The notes under the pieces are model-generated. The model saw only the letters and a program-made list of their open reading frames with translations. It ran no database searches and was not told where the DNA came from. A stretch of DNA of 64,000 bases from Octopus vulgaris (lineage: Eukaryota): positions 111,104,001 to 111,168,000 of the forward strand of contig OX597818.1 in NCBI GenBank assembly GCA_951406725.2, read 5' to 3'. The translations under genes were made by a program, and so were the position numbers. Below are positions 51,310-63,370 of the stretch, one piece after another (the stretch's first letter is position 1; each line of letters opens with the position of its first letter).

Positions 51310-51379
51310 CTCATCTTTGAATGTTCTTTCTTTTTCTTTGAAAAGTTTGTAGGTCTTACAGAATTCTATCTGAGCAATC
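51310..51379 (-). CDS. Exon E5 (70 nt, phase 2->0): IAQIEFCKTYKLFKEKERTFKDE
   Basis: Acceptor cctctaattgcag, donor gag|GTGAGT. Confidence 0.75.
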
Positions 51380-51486
51380 CTGCAATTAGAGGTGTATGTG
51401 TACATATACATATATTTATATATATATATAAACATAAATAAATAAATAAATAATACATACATACATATATATGCATGTATGCATAA

Positions 51487-51846
51487 AGAAATTTAAAGAG
51501 AAATGCTACTATCAAGGAGGAAATAAATCCTAACCTTTTTGCGTGCACAATTTGTGACAGACCATGTCTTTCTTTTGCTGGGCTCAAATCTCATTTGCAG
51601 ACCTGTGAAAAACAAACCACTAACTACTCTGCCTACCTATCTGTGTATATCTGCCAATGCCAAGTATGCCATAAGGTCCGCAAATCCAACGGAGGCCTCA
51701 AAAGACATTTTATAATAAAAAAAGACCAGAACTTAACTGCAGCTCTTGGTGGTCCAAAGCAGATATGCAATTTAAGTGGGTGTCTTTTAAAAACATTGTC
51801 TGGTTTAAAAAGCCACATTAGATGCCATGATAGATCTAAGGTGTAA
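51487..51846 (+). pseudogene. Three C2H2-like zinc fingers, probably the 3' end of an RTE/BovB-type LINE
   Basis: CTICDRPCLSFAGLKSH, CQVCHKVRKSNGGLKRH, CNLSGCLLKTLSGLKSH; no ATG; followed by a short UTR and (TA)n. Confidence 0.55.
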
Positions 51847-52078
51847 GTACAAGAGGTAGTCAAACTATGTATAAGGAGTAGACAACCACCATATATATAT
51901 ATATATATATATATACACGAAGGGCTTCTTTCAGTTTCCATCTTCCAAATCCACTCAAAAGGCTTTGGTCGGCCTGAGGCTATAGTAGAAGACACTTGCC
52001 CAAGATGCCATGCAGTGGGATTGAACTCAGACCCATGTGGTGGGGAAGCAAGCTTCTTACCATACAGTCATGCCTGCA

Positions 52079-52119
<41 letters not shown>

Positions 52120-53083
52120 TCATCATCATCATCATCATCATCATCGTTTAACATCCATCTTCCATGCATACATGGGTAGGATCGTTGACAGGAACTGGCC
52201 AGGTAGAAAAACTACCCAAAGCCACTGTGTCTGTTTTGGCAGGGATTTTACAGCTAGATGCCCTTCCTGACACCAACCACTCCATGGAGTGGACTCAGTG
52301 TTTTTTATCCGGCACTAGCACAGGCAAGGTTAATTTTGGCATGATTTTTACAGTTGGATGCCTTTCCAAAACACCAACCACATTACAGTGTGGACTGGAT
52401 GTTTTTAATGTGGCACTAATACTGGCAGGGTAACCAAGTAACTCACAAGACAAAGAATTAGAGTGTGAGGTTAGAGTGTAACAAAGAGACAGAGAGACAG
52501 AAGTAGGTGTCTTGTCAGAACAGAGGGGGCATTAGAGGAGGTGATCCAGTATCAGATGATGAATGGTTAGAGTGTAACAGAGAAACAGAGGGGCAGAAAT
52601 AGTTTTGTCGCTATAGAGGAGGATGTGGTTGTCTGGGGAGGGAGAGAGAGAGAGAAAATAGAAACCAGAGTGAGAGAGAGATACAAGAAAGAGAGCAGAA
52701 AGAAGTGTGGTGATGTAAAGGAGACACTTAGCTACCTAGTCAGAGGTAAAACAAGAGGAGAAAGAGTGACCAAGAGAATAGGAAACAGCAAAAGTGTAAG
52801 AGAGAGCAGAAGAGAGATGGTATAGTGCTAGGGTATAGCCACAAGTAACAAGGATCTGAGCATAGAACCTGGGTAGAAAAATAGTGTGTGGGTGTTGGAG
52901 GTGGGGGAAGCAACACTACAGTGAACAAGGCAGTGAGGGCAAGAAAGGGGATTAGAAAGCAATCATAGTTTATGAAGAAGAAATGTAAGGAAGAGAAAGA
53001 TGCAGTTAGAATAGGAGTTGTAGTTCGGTTTCTTGGGGTAGAGTGAGAAGCATGTTATCACATGTGGGTGGGACATAACTCTT

Positions 53084-53122
<39 letters not shown>

Positions 53123-53740
53123 GTGTATGTGTGTATGTATGTGTATATGTGTGTATGTGTGTGTGCATGTATGTGTGTATGTATGTGTGTGTGTGTGTGT
53201 GTGTTTCTTAGCTAGCTGAAGCTATTAATATAATAGTTATGCAATGAGCTATGCTCAAAATAGCTAATCAACAGGCTGAGATTTCTTAAATTAAATGAAG
53301 GTTACATTGTTGCTTAGAATTTCTAAGTCTCCTACACCACAGTGGTGATTTTGAACTGAAGAAAGAAGCCAGTAGTAAAAAATAAGATAAAATAAAAGTT
53401 AAGAAGTAAATCAAGGGAACCGATGAATGATAAAGCAAAGGGTGAGACCCAAAATATGCAAGAGTGGGTGTGGTTTAGAGTTAAGGAATACGAAGAAAAA
53501 GAGAACAAGAAGGAAAGAAAAAAAAGAAGAGAGAAAAGGATTATATCATTGGGAGAAAATACTGTGGTCATAAACTTTCATTCAAGAGATATGACATATG
53601 ATATTTGCTCTGCAGAATACAAGATGCCAGTACATCGGCATACTCATCTAGATCACAATATATACACACACTCACACATGTGCATACATGCTAACTCATG
53701 CACACATAACATAAAACTACTTAAGGGTGTATGGATGCTG

Positions 53741-54080
53741 TATTCTTTTATTCTTTTATTTGTTTCAGTCATGTGACTGTAGCCATGCTGGAGCACCGCC
53801 TTTAGTTGAACAAATCGACCCCAGGACTTATTCTTTGTAAGCCTAATACTTATTCTATCGGTCTCTTTTGCTGAATCGCTATGTTACGTGGAATTAAACA
53901 CACCAAAATCAGTTGTCAAGCGATAATGAGGCGACAAACACAAACATATATATATATGTATATATACATACAATGGGGTTCTTTCAGTTTCTGTCTACCA
54001 AATCCACCCACAAGGCTTTGGTTGCCCAAGGCGCCATACAGTGGGACTGAACCCGGAACCATGTGGTTGTAAACAAGCTT
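53741..54080 (-). mobile_element. Family-1 SINE (further copies at ~21280-21515, 33010-33230, 40140-40487, 41000-41360, 51905-52080, 55081-55430, 56330-56465, 58345-58628)
   Basis: Same head, body and tail motifs as 33-745. Confidence 0.8.
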
Positions 54081-54463
54081 TTATTCACTGTTTTCTAAAC
54101 CTGAGAAAAATAAGTAGGGGTGCAAATTTTGATTTTACACCCTACAAAAATTCTAGAGTGTGCACTTGCACCTGCTATTCTTGGGCCTATGGCTACACCT
54201 GTTGTTAAGAATAATACATTTCTGTACAACTTGATTAATTATATGGATGAGTTCATCATGTCCCACTCTGCTACATACTTTAAGCATATCAATGGTATTT
54301 CCGAATGGACCAGATCTTTCCCTGTCTTACTATCCTTAATTACTTTGTCTATCATATGGCTGACAACTAGGATAATTAGTCTTTCTGTATCCATCTATAC
54401 ACACCTCCCTCCCTCTACTAGGAATATGTAATTATGGCAGTAGATATTTCAAATTGTACTTAC

Positions 54464-54486
54464 CTATCTCGGTCAAATGTAGAATC
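54464..54486 (-). CDS. Micro-exon E4 (23 nt, phase 0->2): DSTFDRD(R)
   Basis: Strong acceptor ttctttttcttcag and donor tag|GTAAGT; exactly bridges phases of E3 and E5. Confidence 0.7.
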
Positions 54487-56475
54487 CTGAAGAAAAAGAA
54501 TAAGAGAAAAAAATTTGTCATAATGCTCATAACAATAATAGTGATGATGATGATGATGATGAAAATGATTATGGTGCTGGTGACTTTGACGAGATAAATG
54601 GTATGGAAGATGTTGTTTAGCATCAAGTGACCCCTGATGGATCTGATGTTAAATGGTGGAATTGTTGCTCATGAAGATGGTTAAGCGTAGTCAACATCAT
54701 CAAATTAATGGCAATTTAAAAAGCAGTTATCAGTCAAAAATTCAAAAGGATATCAAGTTGTGCATGTGTGGCTATAACTGTCTCTTTTGTCTATCATGAC
54801 AAGAATTGACCATTAAAGATAATGAAATTTTTTCTCCACAGCTGTTATTCTAATTGACAAAAAAAAAAGAAACACAATTAGGAGCTCACTACAATAAGTT
54901 TGTTAGCCTACAAACCATGAGATTGGTTAGTCAATTGGAGATGGTTGCTTCTTACAGGATCTGAAGGAAGATGTGCTTGACGATTCTACCCACACAATCC
55001 TCCCAGGAATAAGTGGGAGAAGATGTGCTGAGAAGAGATGAACATACATTTAACTATATGTTCTTCATGCAGAAGGTATCTTTTATCTTTTGTCTTTTAC
55101 TTGCTTCAGTCATTCGACTGTGGCCATGCTGAACTTTTAGTCGAAGAAATCAACCCCAGTAATTATTTATTTTTAATTATTCTATCAGTCTGATTTGCTG
55201 AACCACTACCAGTTGTCAATTAATGGTGAGGAACAGAGAGACACACACAGACACATGCGCATGCGCACGCACGCACACACACACACACACAGGTTTCTTT
55301 CAGTATTGATCTCCAAAATCCACTCACAAAGCTTTGGACGTAGATGACAGTGGCCAGAAGGGCCATGCGGTGGAACTGAACCCAGAGCCATGTGGTTGGG
55401 AAGCAAGCTTCTTACCACACAGCCACACCTACACCTACACATAGGAAATTTCCCTTTAAGTTGTCACAGCTGACAGGATGAGACAGGCATAAGAGTTATG
55501 TAAATATATATATTTGAATACATATATGTATCTCTATGTATGTGTGTGTACATGTGCATGAAGATGTATATTTATTTTTACCATGCATTCACTGCACAAT
55601 TTTGTCTTAGAAAAATATTTTATCTCTACAGATTTTAAGCCAAGCTTCAAGTCACATCTGCACCCTACCAGACACAGTTTTCCAATGCAATTTCCCTCTT
55701 CAGTCATACATACTGCAGCAAGTACTTTTCAAGTTCTAATGTAGACAAACATATATTGATAGATAAATGTATACCACTTTATTTTAACTCACAGCATGTC
55801 TTGTGCTTAAACTAATTCCACCTTGGCAAGCCATAGAAAACACCAGTGAATGTATTGTTTGCTGCTTCCTGTATACAGAAATGAAAGTCCTCTCTTAGCT
55901 TCAAATGATAGAGGCTGTCTTTGCTACTGAAGAGGTGAAATCACTCTGAAACATTGTCTGATAGTTCAGTGTTATCACTTGGTACTTGATCGATGTGGCT
56001 TTACACACAGAATTTATAGAGTGAAAAGTTTTCTTTGTAATAAAAATCCCACAGCAAATACCTTTCATGTTTTAGTGTACAAGAATGTGTTAAAATTAAA
56101 AGCACACATCCTTATTTTCATCCTTGCTGTTTCATGGTTTATACACACACACATGTATATCACAGGTATGGCTCTGTAATACAAATTTTGCTTCACACTC
56201 AAGTAGTTCTAGGTTTGGTCCCACTGTTATATATTAAGTAAGTGTCTTCTGCTATAGACTGAAGCAGACCAATGCTTTAAGAGTGAAATTCTTAAAAAGA
56301 AACTGAGAGGCTCATAGTATGTGCATATATTAGGTGTGGTTGTGTGGTAAGAAGCTTGCTTCCCAACCATCTGGTTCCAGGATAAGTCCCACTGTTTGGC
56401 AACTAGGGCAAATGTCTTATACTATAGCCTTGGGCTGACCAAAGCCTTATGAGTTGATTTAGTAGGCATGCATGT

Positions 56476-56681
56476 ATAGTCACTTACAGCTGTTTCAATT
56501 AAGCCTAAAAGATCAAAATACCAATTATTAAAACCATTATATTAGGGAAAATACAACATCTAAAAACCTAACAGTATATCTTTTTCTTTCTTTCTATCCC
56601 TCTGATGCGATTTTGCCTAATATAACGGTTTTAATAATTACTATCTTTTAGGCTTAACTGAAATAGCTGTAAGTGACTATG
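56476..56681. mobile_element. Short inverted-repeat element with degenerate hammerhead (same family as 33309-33390)
   Basis: atagtcacttacagctgtttc...gcctaaaag vs cttttaggc...gaaatagctgtaagtgactat; CTGATGC at 56602. Confidence 0.65.
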
Positions 56682-57160
56682 TTGGTTTTTTGCAGACAAT
56701 AAATCTTTTATTAAATGCTATATCTCCATTTTCTTTTCTTTTGAATGATTATAAACCATGGTTTATAAATAATCCTATTATTCTATAAATATTATTATTA
56801 TTCACAACAAATATTAGGTATTGAACCAGTAATTCATTGGATGTTACTATCCCTTAATGAGGTTAATTGAATATATATATATAATTATTTGCAGGATCCA
56901 AAAGAATCAACGTATCTTAATAATAAGGACAAGATAGAGTCAAGAACAGCATACTGATGTATCAACAGTGTGTTTGGACACTTGTACTTCCTAGAGGATA
57001 TATAGATTTGTCCTTTTAGTTACACATAACATCCACATGTACAGACTGAAGACATTCAACAAATGCATAAAATCACACAAGGGTATACTCGGCATGCAGT
57101 CCGTGGTCCACTGTAGGCTCATGATCCAATGCGGGGAATGTTCTGAATTAGTGTAGTATG

Positions 57161-57462
57161 AATAATAACACAAGTGGGCTGAGGTTCACTACAGCTGTTA
57201 CACATTTATTACTACATATGTTTAACATTAAACTGGCCTCTCTCAATTTACTCTCCCAACTGGCACCAGGATGAGAGAGTGACTATACATTCTATACTTT
57301 TTGGGTGAAAAATCCTACATTTTAAATTTTGGATTTTAATTTTAATTCATTCACCTAAGGAAAACGTTTTTGTTTTAAATGATGTAATTGATTTGATCTT
57401 CAATAAAAAGAAAAACATGTCTGAAACAGCTGTAGTGAACCTCAGCCCATTTGTGCTATTAT
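57161..57462. mobile_element. Short inverted-repeat element with degenerate hammerhead
   Basis: ~40-bp inverted ends; tcac-CTAAGGA (57351-61)...GAAA-CAGCTG-TA-gtga (57423-38). Confidence 0.6.
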
Positions 57463-58800
57463 TTATGTATATACAGCCATAGCCTACACCAGTGTCACAT
57501 AACCATCCCACTTAAGAAAATACCTTTGGATTGTTGGGCAACATGCCGTGTTTGAGGAGACCTATTGAACCAAGTACATCAAAATCAAAATCAAATCAAA
57601 CCACAATCAACTGGAAATTGTAGTTGTGGTTGATGCCAGTGCCACCTGACTGGCTACCATGCTGGTGGCACACAATAAGCATCATTCATGCATGGGTCAT
57701 TGCCAGTGCTGCCTGACTGGCTCTCGTGCTGGTGGCACATAAAAAGCACAGTCCAAACGTGGGCGATGCCAGCCCCTTCACCCTGACTGGCTCCTGTGCT
57801 AGTGGCATGTAAAAAGCACCTTCTACACTCTCAGAGTGGTTGGCATTAGGAAGGGCATCCAGCTGTAGAAACATCATCAGATCAGGTGGAACCTGGTGCA
57901 GCCTCCTGGCTTGCCAGACCCCAGTCAAATCGTCCAACCCATGCCAGCATGGAAAAATGAACGTTAAACGATGATGAAGATGAGGATGATGATACATGCA
58001 TACATACATGCATATATATCAATATGTGTGTTGTTTAAACATCAGAAGCTGAGGTTTTTCATGTGAGTAAAATTCCCTTTCAAGGTATAAAGTGTTAAGA
58101 AACCCAATATCCTTTAGAGCTAGGCAAAACAAAATCCCTCTAGAGGTGATTATGAGAGCAAGAGATACGTGTTTAGCCATAGCTACAGAATGTCAGTGTA
58201 GTGCACTCATATCCTTTCTGAAACAGAATCAAATCTGCTAGCCTATAGTATATACAGATTCATCTGGATTTTTACCACATGAAAAACTACAGCTTCTGGC
58301 ATTTAAACAACACACATACAATGAAACAACTTCAGTACCTTCTTTTAATTCTGGTACTTATTCTATCAGATTCTTTTGCCAAACTGCTAACTTATGGGGA
58401 TGAGAACATGCCAACACCGGTTGTGGAGGGACAGACATGAAGACACACACATACATAAACGCACACACATGATGACCTTCTCTCAGTTTCTGTTTACTAA
58501 ATCCATTTGCAAGGCTTTAGTTGGCCTGAGGCTATGGTAGAAGACATTTGTCCATGATGCTAAACAGTGGGACTGAACCTGGAACCATGTGGTTGGGAAG
58601 CAAACTTCTTAATCACACAGCCATGCCTAGAGCATAATTTGAATTTACATCTACTACCCCTAATTTATTTTTGTCTCTGTGTTAGAAAACAACAAACAAA
58701 AGACATCAAACAAACAAAAAAAAAAGCTCAGTCAAGATATGCGTCAAAAGTGCTCACAGAAGAAGGAAAAGGAGTTTAACCATAAAAATCTTAACATTAC

Positions 58801-58888
58801 CTCTTCCATTCTTTCCACTATATCTTTAAGTGGTTCACTGTCTCGATATATCTTGTAAACATTGTTCAGAAACTCTTCCATCTTTTCC
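58801..58888 (-). CDS. Exon E3 (88 nt, phase 2->0): EKMEEFLNNVYKIYRDSEPLKDIVERMEE
   Basis: Acceptor gtttactttcag, donor gag|GTAATG; amphipathic helical sequence, in phase. Confidence 0.8.
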
Positions 58889-59477
58889 CTGAAAGTAAAC
58901 ATCATCATAATAATGATCAACATTAACATAATGATGATGATGATGATGATGATGATTTCGTTTATTTGTCACAAGGGTGAAGGATGAGGTGGGGGGGCAA
59001 TACAAAGACAGACATAAAGTGTGGGGGTTTACATATGATGAAATGATAAAAATGAAAGAAAGTAAGAATATATGGTATACACTGACAAAGAAGGGACATA
59101 TGCATTCACACAAAAGTTTAAAAGAAAAAAAGTGGTAGGGAGGATGATAGAGATGTGGCCCGCCTGATACAGGAAGGCCTCTAGGGATAATCGAGGAACC
59201 CAACTCTCCAAGATTTCTGTGAAATCTCAGGAGCAAGTGCCCTCACCAATAACTTCTCTCTAACTCACAGGTCTACACTTAGAGAGGTACCATTCACTCT
59301 TGCCATTTTCCCAAATTTCACCTACCTTTCAATAAATTCACTCGATGACAACACTTCCCTCTTCACACTCAATTTCATTTACAACTGAAACTTGAAGAAG
59401 TCAATGACAGTTCTACTAAAGAGGAATGTAGTGAAATGAAAGCACACTATAAACATAAAGCAACTGAACAACAAACA

Positions 59478-61494
59478 GTTGTTTGATCCTAAGCTGTTTC
59501 CTAATCCAACAAACCTATAGTCAACAGTGTTGACTATAGGTTTGCTGTTGTTGTTGTTTCATCCTAAGCTCTTTCCTACTCCAACAAACCTATAGTCAAC
59601 AGCTTAGGATCAAACAACAACAACAGCAAACCTATAGTCAACACTGTTGACCATAGGTTTGTTGGATTAGGAAAAAGCTTAGGATCAAACAACAACAACA
59701 GCAACCCCTTAGTCAACACTGTTGACTATAGGTTTGTTGGATTAGGAAACAGCTTAGGATCAAACAACAACAACAGCAAACCTATAGTCAACACTGTTGA
59801 CTATAGGTTTGTAGGATTAGGAAACAGCTTAGGATCAAACAACAACAACAGCAACCCCTTAGTCAACACTGTTGACTATAGGTTTGTTGGATTAGGAAAC
59901 AACTTAGGATCAAACAACAACAACAGCAAACCTATAGTCAACACTGTTGACCATAGGTTTGTTGGATTAGGAAACAGCTATGGATCAAACAACAACAACA
60001 GCAAACCTATAGTCAACACTGTTGACTATAGGTTTGTTGGATTAGGAAACAGCTTAGGATCAAACAACAACAACAGCAAACCTATAGTCAACACTGTTGA
60101 CTATAGGTTTGTTGGATTAGGAAACAGCTTAGGATCAAACAACAACAACAGCAACCCCTTAGTCAACACTGTTGACTATAGGTTTGTTGGATTAGGAAAC
60201 AGCTTAGGATCAAACAACAACAACAGCAAACCTATAGTCAACACTGTTGACCATAGGTTTGTTGGATTAGGAAACAGCTATGGATCAAACAAGAACAGCA
60301 ACAGCAAACATATAGTCAACACTGTTGACTATAGGTTTGTTGGATTAGGAAACAGCTTAGGATCAAACAACAACAACAGCAAACCTATAGTCAACACTGT
60401 TGACCATAGGTTTGTTGGATTAGGAAACAGCTATGGATCAAACAAGAACAGCAACAGCAAACCTATAGTCAACACTGTTGACTATAAGTTTGTTGGATTA
60501 GGAAACAGCTATGGATCAAACAAGAACAGCAGCAGCAAACCTATAGTCAACACTGTTGACTATAGGTTTGTTGGATTAGGAAACATCCTAGGATCAAACA
60601 ACAGCAACAGCAAACCTATAGTCAACACTGTTGACCATAGGTTTGTTGGATTAGGAAACAGCTATGGATCAAACAAGAACAGCAACAACAAACCTATAGT
60701 CAACACTGTTGACTATAGGTTTGTTGGATTAGGAAACAGCTATGGATCAAACATGAACAGCAACAGCAAACCTATAGTCACCACTGTTGACTATAGGTTT
60801 GTTGGATTAGGAAACATCCTAGGATCAAACAACAGCAACAGCAAACCTATAGTCAACACTGTTTGGTTTGCTGTTGCTGTTGTTGTTGTTTGATCCTAAG
60901 CTTTTTACTAATCCATAAACCTATAGGTTTATGGATTAGTAAAAAGTGTTGACTATAGGCTTGCTGTGGTTGTTGTTATTGTTTGATCCTAAGCTCTTTC
61001 CTAATCCAACAAACCTATAGCCAACAGTATTGACTATAGTTTTGCTGTTGCTGTTGTTGATCTTTGATCTTAAGTTGTTTCCTAATCCAACAAACCTATA
61101 GTCAGCAGTGTTGACTATAGTGTTTTTGTTGTTGTTGTTGTTTGATCCTGAACTTTTTCTTAATCCAACAAACCTATAGTCAACATTATTGACTAAAGGG
61201 TTGTCCTTTTTGTTTGCTCCTAAGCTTTTTCCCAATCCAGCAAACCTATAGATGACAGTGTTGACTAAAGAGCTGTTGTTGTTGTTGTTGTTTAATCCTA
61301 AGCTCTTTCCTAATCCAACAAACCTATAGTCAACACTGTTGACTATAGGTTTGTTGGATTAGGAAACAACTTAGGATGAAACAACATCAAAAGCTAACCT
61401 ATAGTCAACACTGTTGACTATAGGTTTATGGATTAGGAAAAAGCTTTGGATCAAACAACAACAACAGCAACAGCAAACCTATAGTCAACACTGT
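59478..61494. repeat. 75/78-bp hairpin minisatellite with alternating-orientation blocks
   Basis: Unit aggatcaaac(aac)n-agcaaacctatagtcaacactgttgactataggtttgttggattaggaaacagctt; period 75 (59681 to 59756). Confidence 0.95.
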
Positions 61495-61579
61495 GGTGCT
61501 CCAACATAACTACAGTCAAATGACTGAAACAAATAAAACAATAAAAAGCAACAGAAGCAGTATTAATACCAACATAAAT

Positions 61580-61795
61580 AATCTTTTCCACTCTAAGTAC
61601 AAGGCCCGAAATTTTTGAGAAGGGGGCCAGTTGATTAGATCGACTTCAGTACGCAACTGGTACTTAATTATCGACCCCAAAAGGATGAAAGACAAAGTCA
61701 ACCTCAGTAGAATTTGAACTCAGAACATAAAAGACAGATGCAATACCGCTATACATTTCGCCCAGTGTGCTAACGTTTCTGCCAGCTTGCTGCCT
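61580..61795 (-). mobile_element. SINE family 4 (older copies at ~1310-1515, 3840-4048, 11670-11840, 17270-17480, 18380-18510, 46955-47145)
   Basis: Minus strand ggcagcaagctggcagaaacgttagcac...ctgagttcaaattc...gaggttgactttg..tttcatcc...taagtaccagttg. Confidence 0.75.
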
Positions 61796-61821
61796 TACCA
61801 AAATAAATAATAAATACATAC

Positions 61822-61889
61822 CTGAACTCATAATGATACACTCCATATGTTTTGTAGGCAACATAGAGATCACTTAAATGAAGAGCAAC
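61822..61889 (-). CDS. Exon E2 (68 nt, phase 0->2): VALHLSDLYVAYKTYGVYHYEF(R)
   Basis: Acceptor ctatctttccag, donor cag|GTATGT; open and in phase with E1 and E3. Confidence 0.75.
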
Positions 61890-63370
61890 CTGGAAAGATA
61901 GCAAATCAAGTAATCTTTTGATACGTGTTTGGCTTTATCACAAAATTAGTAAAGATTGATGAGTCTATAAACTTCATTTTTTTATGTTTTTTACACTACA
62001 CTTTAACTGATAACCATTTACAGATGCCCAATTTTTTCATATATACAACATGATGGCGACTGTGAATATAGTTTAGCTCCAAGTTGGCTCTGATAGATCA
62101 AACCCTTGAGCAGCCCAAATTTTTTTTTCAGTTCAAGATTGTAAAAAAAAACACAAAAACAAACAGGTTAATCATGGGTAGAATGTCATTTTACAAGTTT
62201 TACTTGGAGGCTGACGCCAGTGTTGTCTCACTGCCACCTGTGCTGGTGGCAAGTAAAAAGCACCATACAAGCATTGAGCCTCATGGAGGCAGTGACAGAT
62301 GACCAAAAGTCTTGGTAATATACTGTGCTTGTGTTAACTTGTCAAGCCAAGTGAGACCATAGTCATGGCTGATGCCAGTGTCAGGTCAATGCCACCTGTG
62401 CCGGTGACACATAAAAAGTACCCATACACTCTCAGAGTGGTTGATGTTAGGAAGAGCATCCAATCATAGAAACCTTGCTAAATCAGATTGGAACCTGGTG
62501 CAGACCCCCTGGCTTACCAGTTTTCAGTTAAACCATCCAACCCATGCCAGCATGGAAAGCAGACATTAAATGATGATGATGATGATGATGAAGGCTAATT
62601 TGGAACTAAACAGTTATACTTCTTGCCAACTAAATGCCAGAGTCTTAGTTACTTTGGCTAGTATCTATCAAGCTAGTTGTCACTCAGTTCTATTATCACC
62701 TAGCTGGCTGTCATCTGATTGCCACTGCCATGTGTACATATATTTTGGTTAGGCTTGAAATAGGGATATTTAATTCTAACACAAAGTTAATTTCAGTATT
62801 AGTTTATCTTCTTTCACTTGGTTCTTTCTTGCATATATCCCTATATTTCAATGAAGCAAAGTATTATTTATCCCAGGCAAAAAACAATGGGTCAGGTACT
62901 TGTGATATTAATGTTTTTCTCAGTTAACTAAACATGAATTACCTAAGATTAGAAGTGCCCTTCTACAGATCATTACCAAAGTGTATGAAACAGTATTGAT
63001 TGTGTTGATGGTTGATTCAGTCTACATCTTCTGTCTGAGAAGACCTGTCAAACCAAGTGAGATCATAGTTGTGACTGATGCCAGTGTTTTGTAACTGGTA
63101 CCCATGCCAGTGGAATGTAAAAAGCACCCACTACACTCTTGGAGTGGTTGGCATTAGTAAGGATATCCAGTCATAGAAAACATGCCAAATTAGACTGGAA
63201 CCTGGTGCAGCTCCCCAGATTACCAGTTTTCAGTCAAATACCAACTCATACCAACATGGGAAACAGACATTAAATGATGATGATCATCATCATGATCATC
63301 CAAGAATAAAATAAGAAAACGATTACTTTATAATTTTCATAGCATTAATAATATGTTTAATCAAACATAC

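Noticed and set aside
60936-61235. ORF with repeated VNTVDYRFVGLG resembling a neuropeptide precursor
   Set aside because: It is the translation of the 75-bp satellite; no signal peptide, no consistent dibasic sites, no splice signals identified
59478-61494. CRISPR-like palindromic repeat array
   Set aside because: No unique spacers, no cas genes, eukaryotic intronic context; plain tandem repeat
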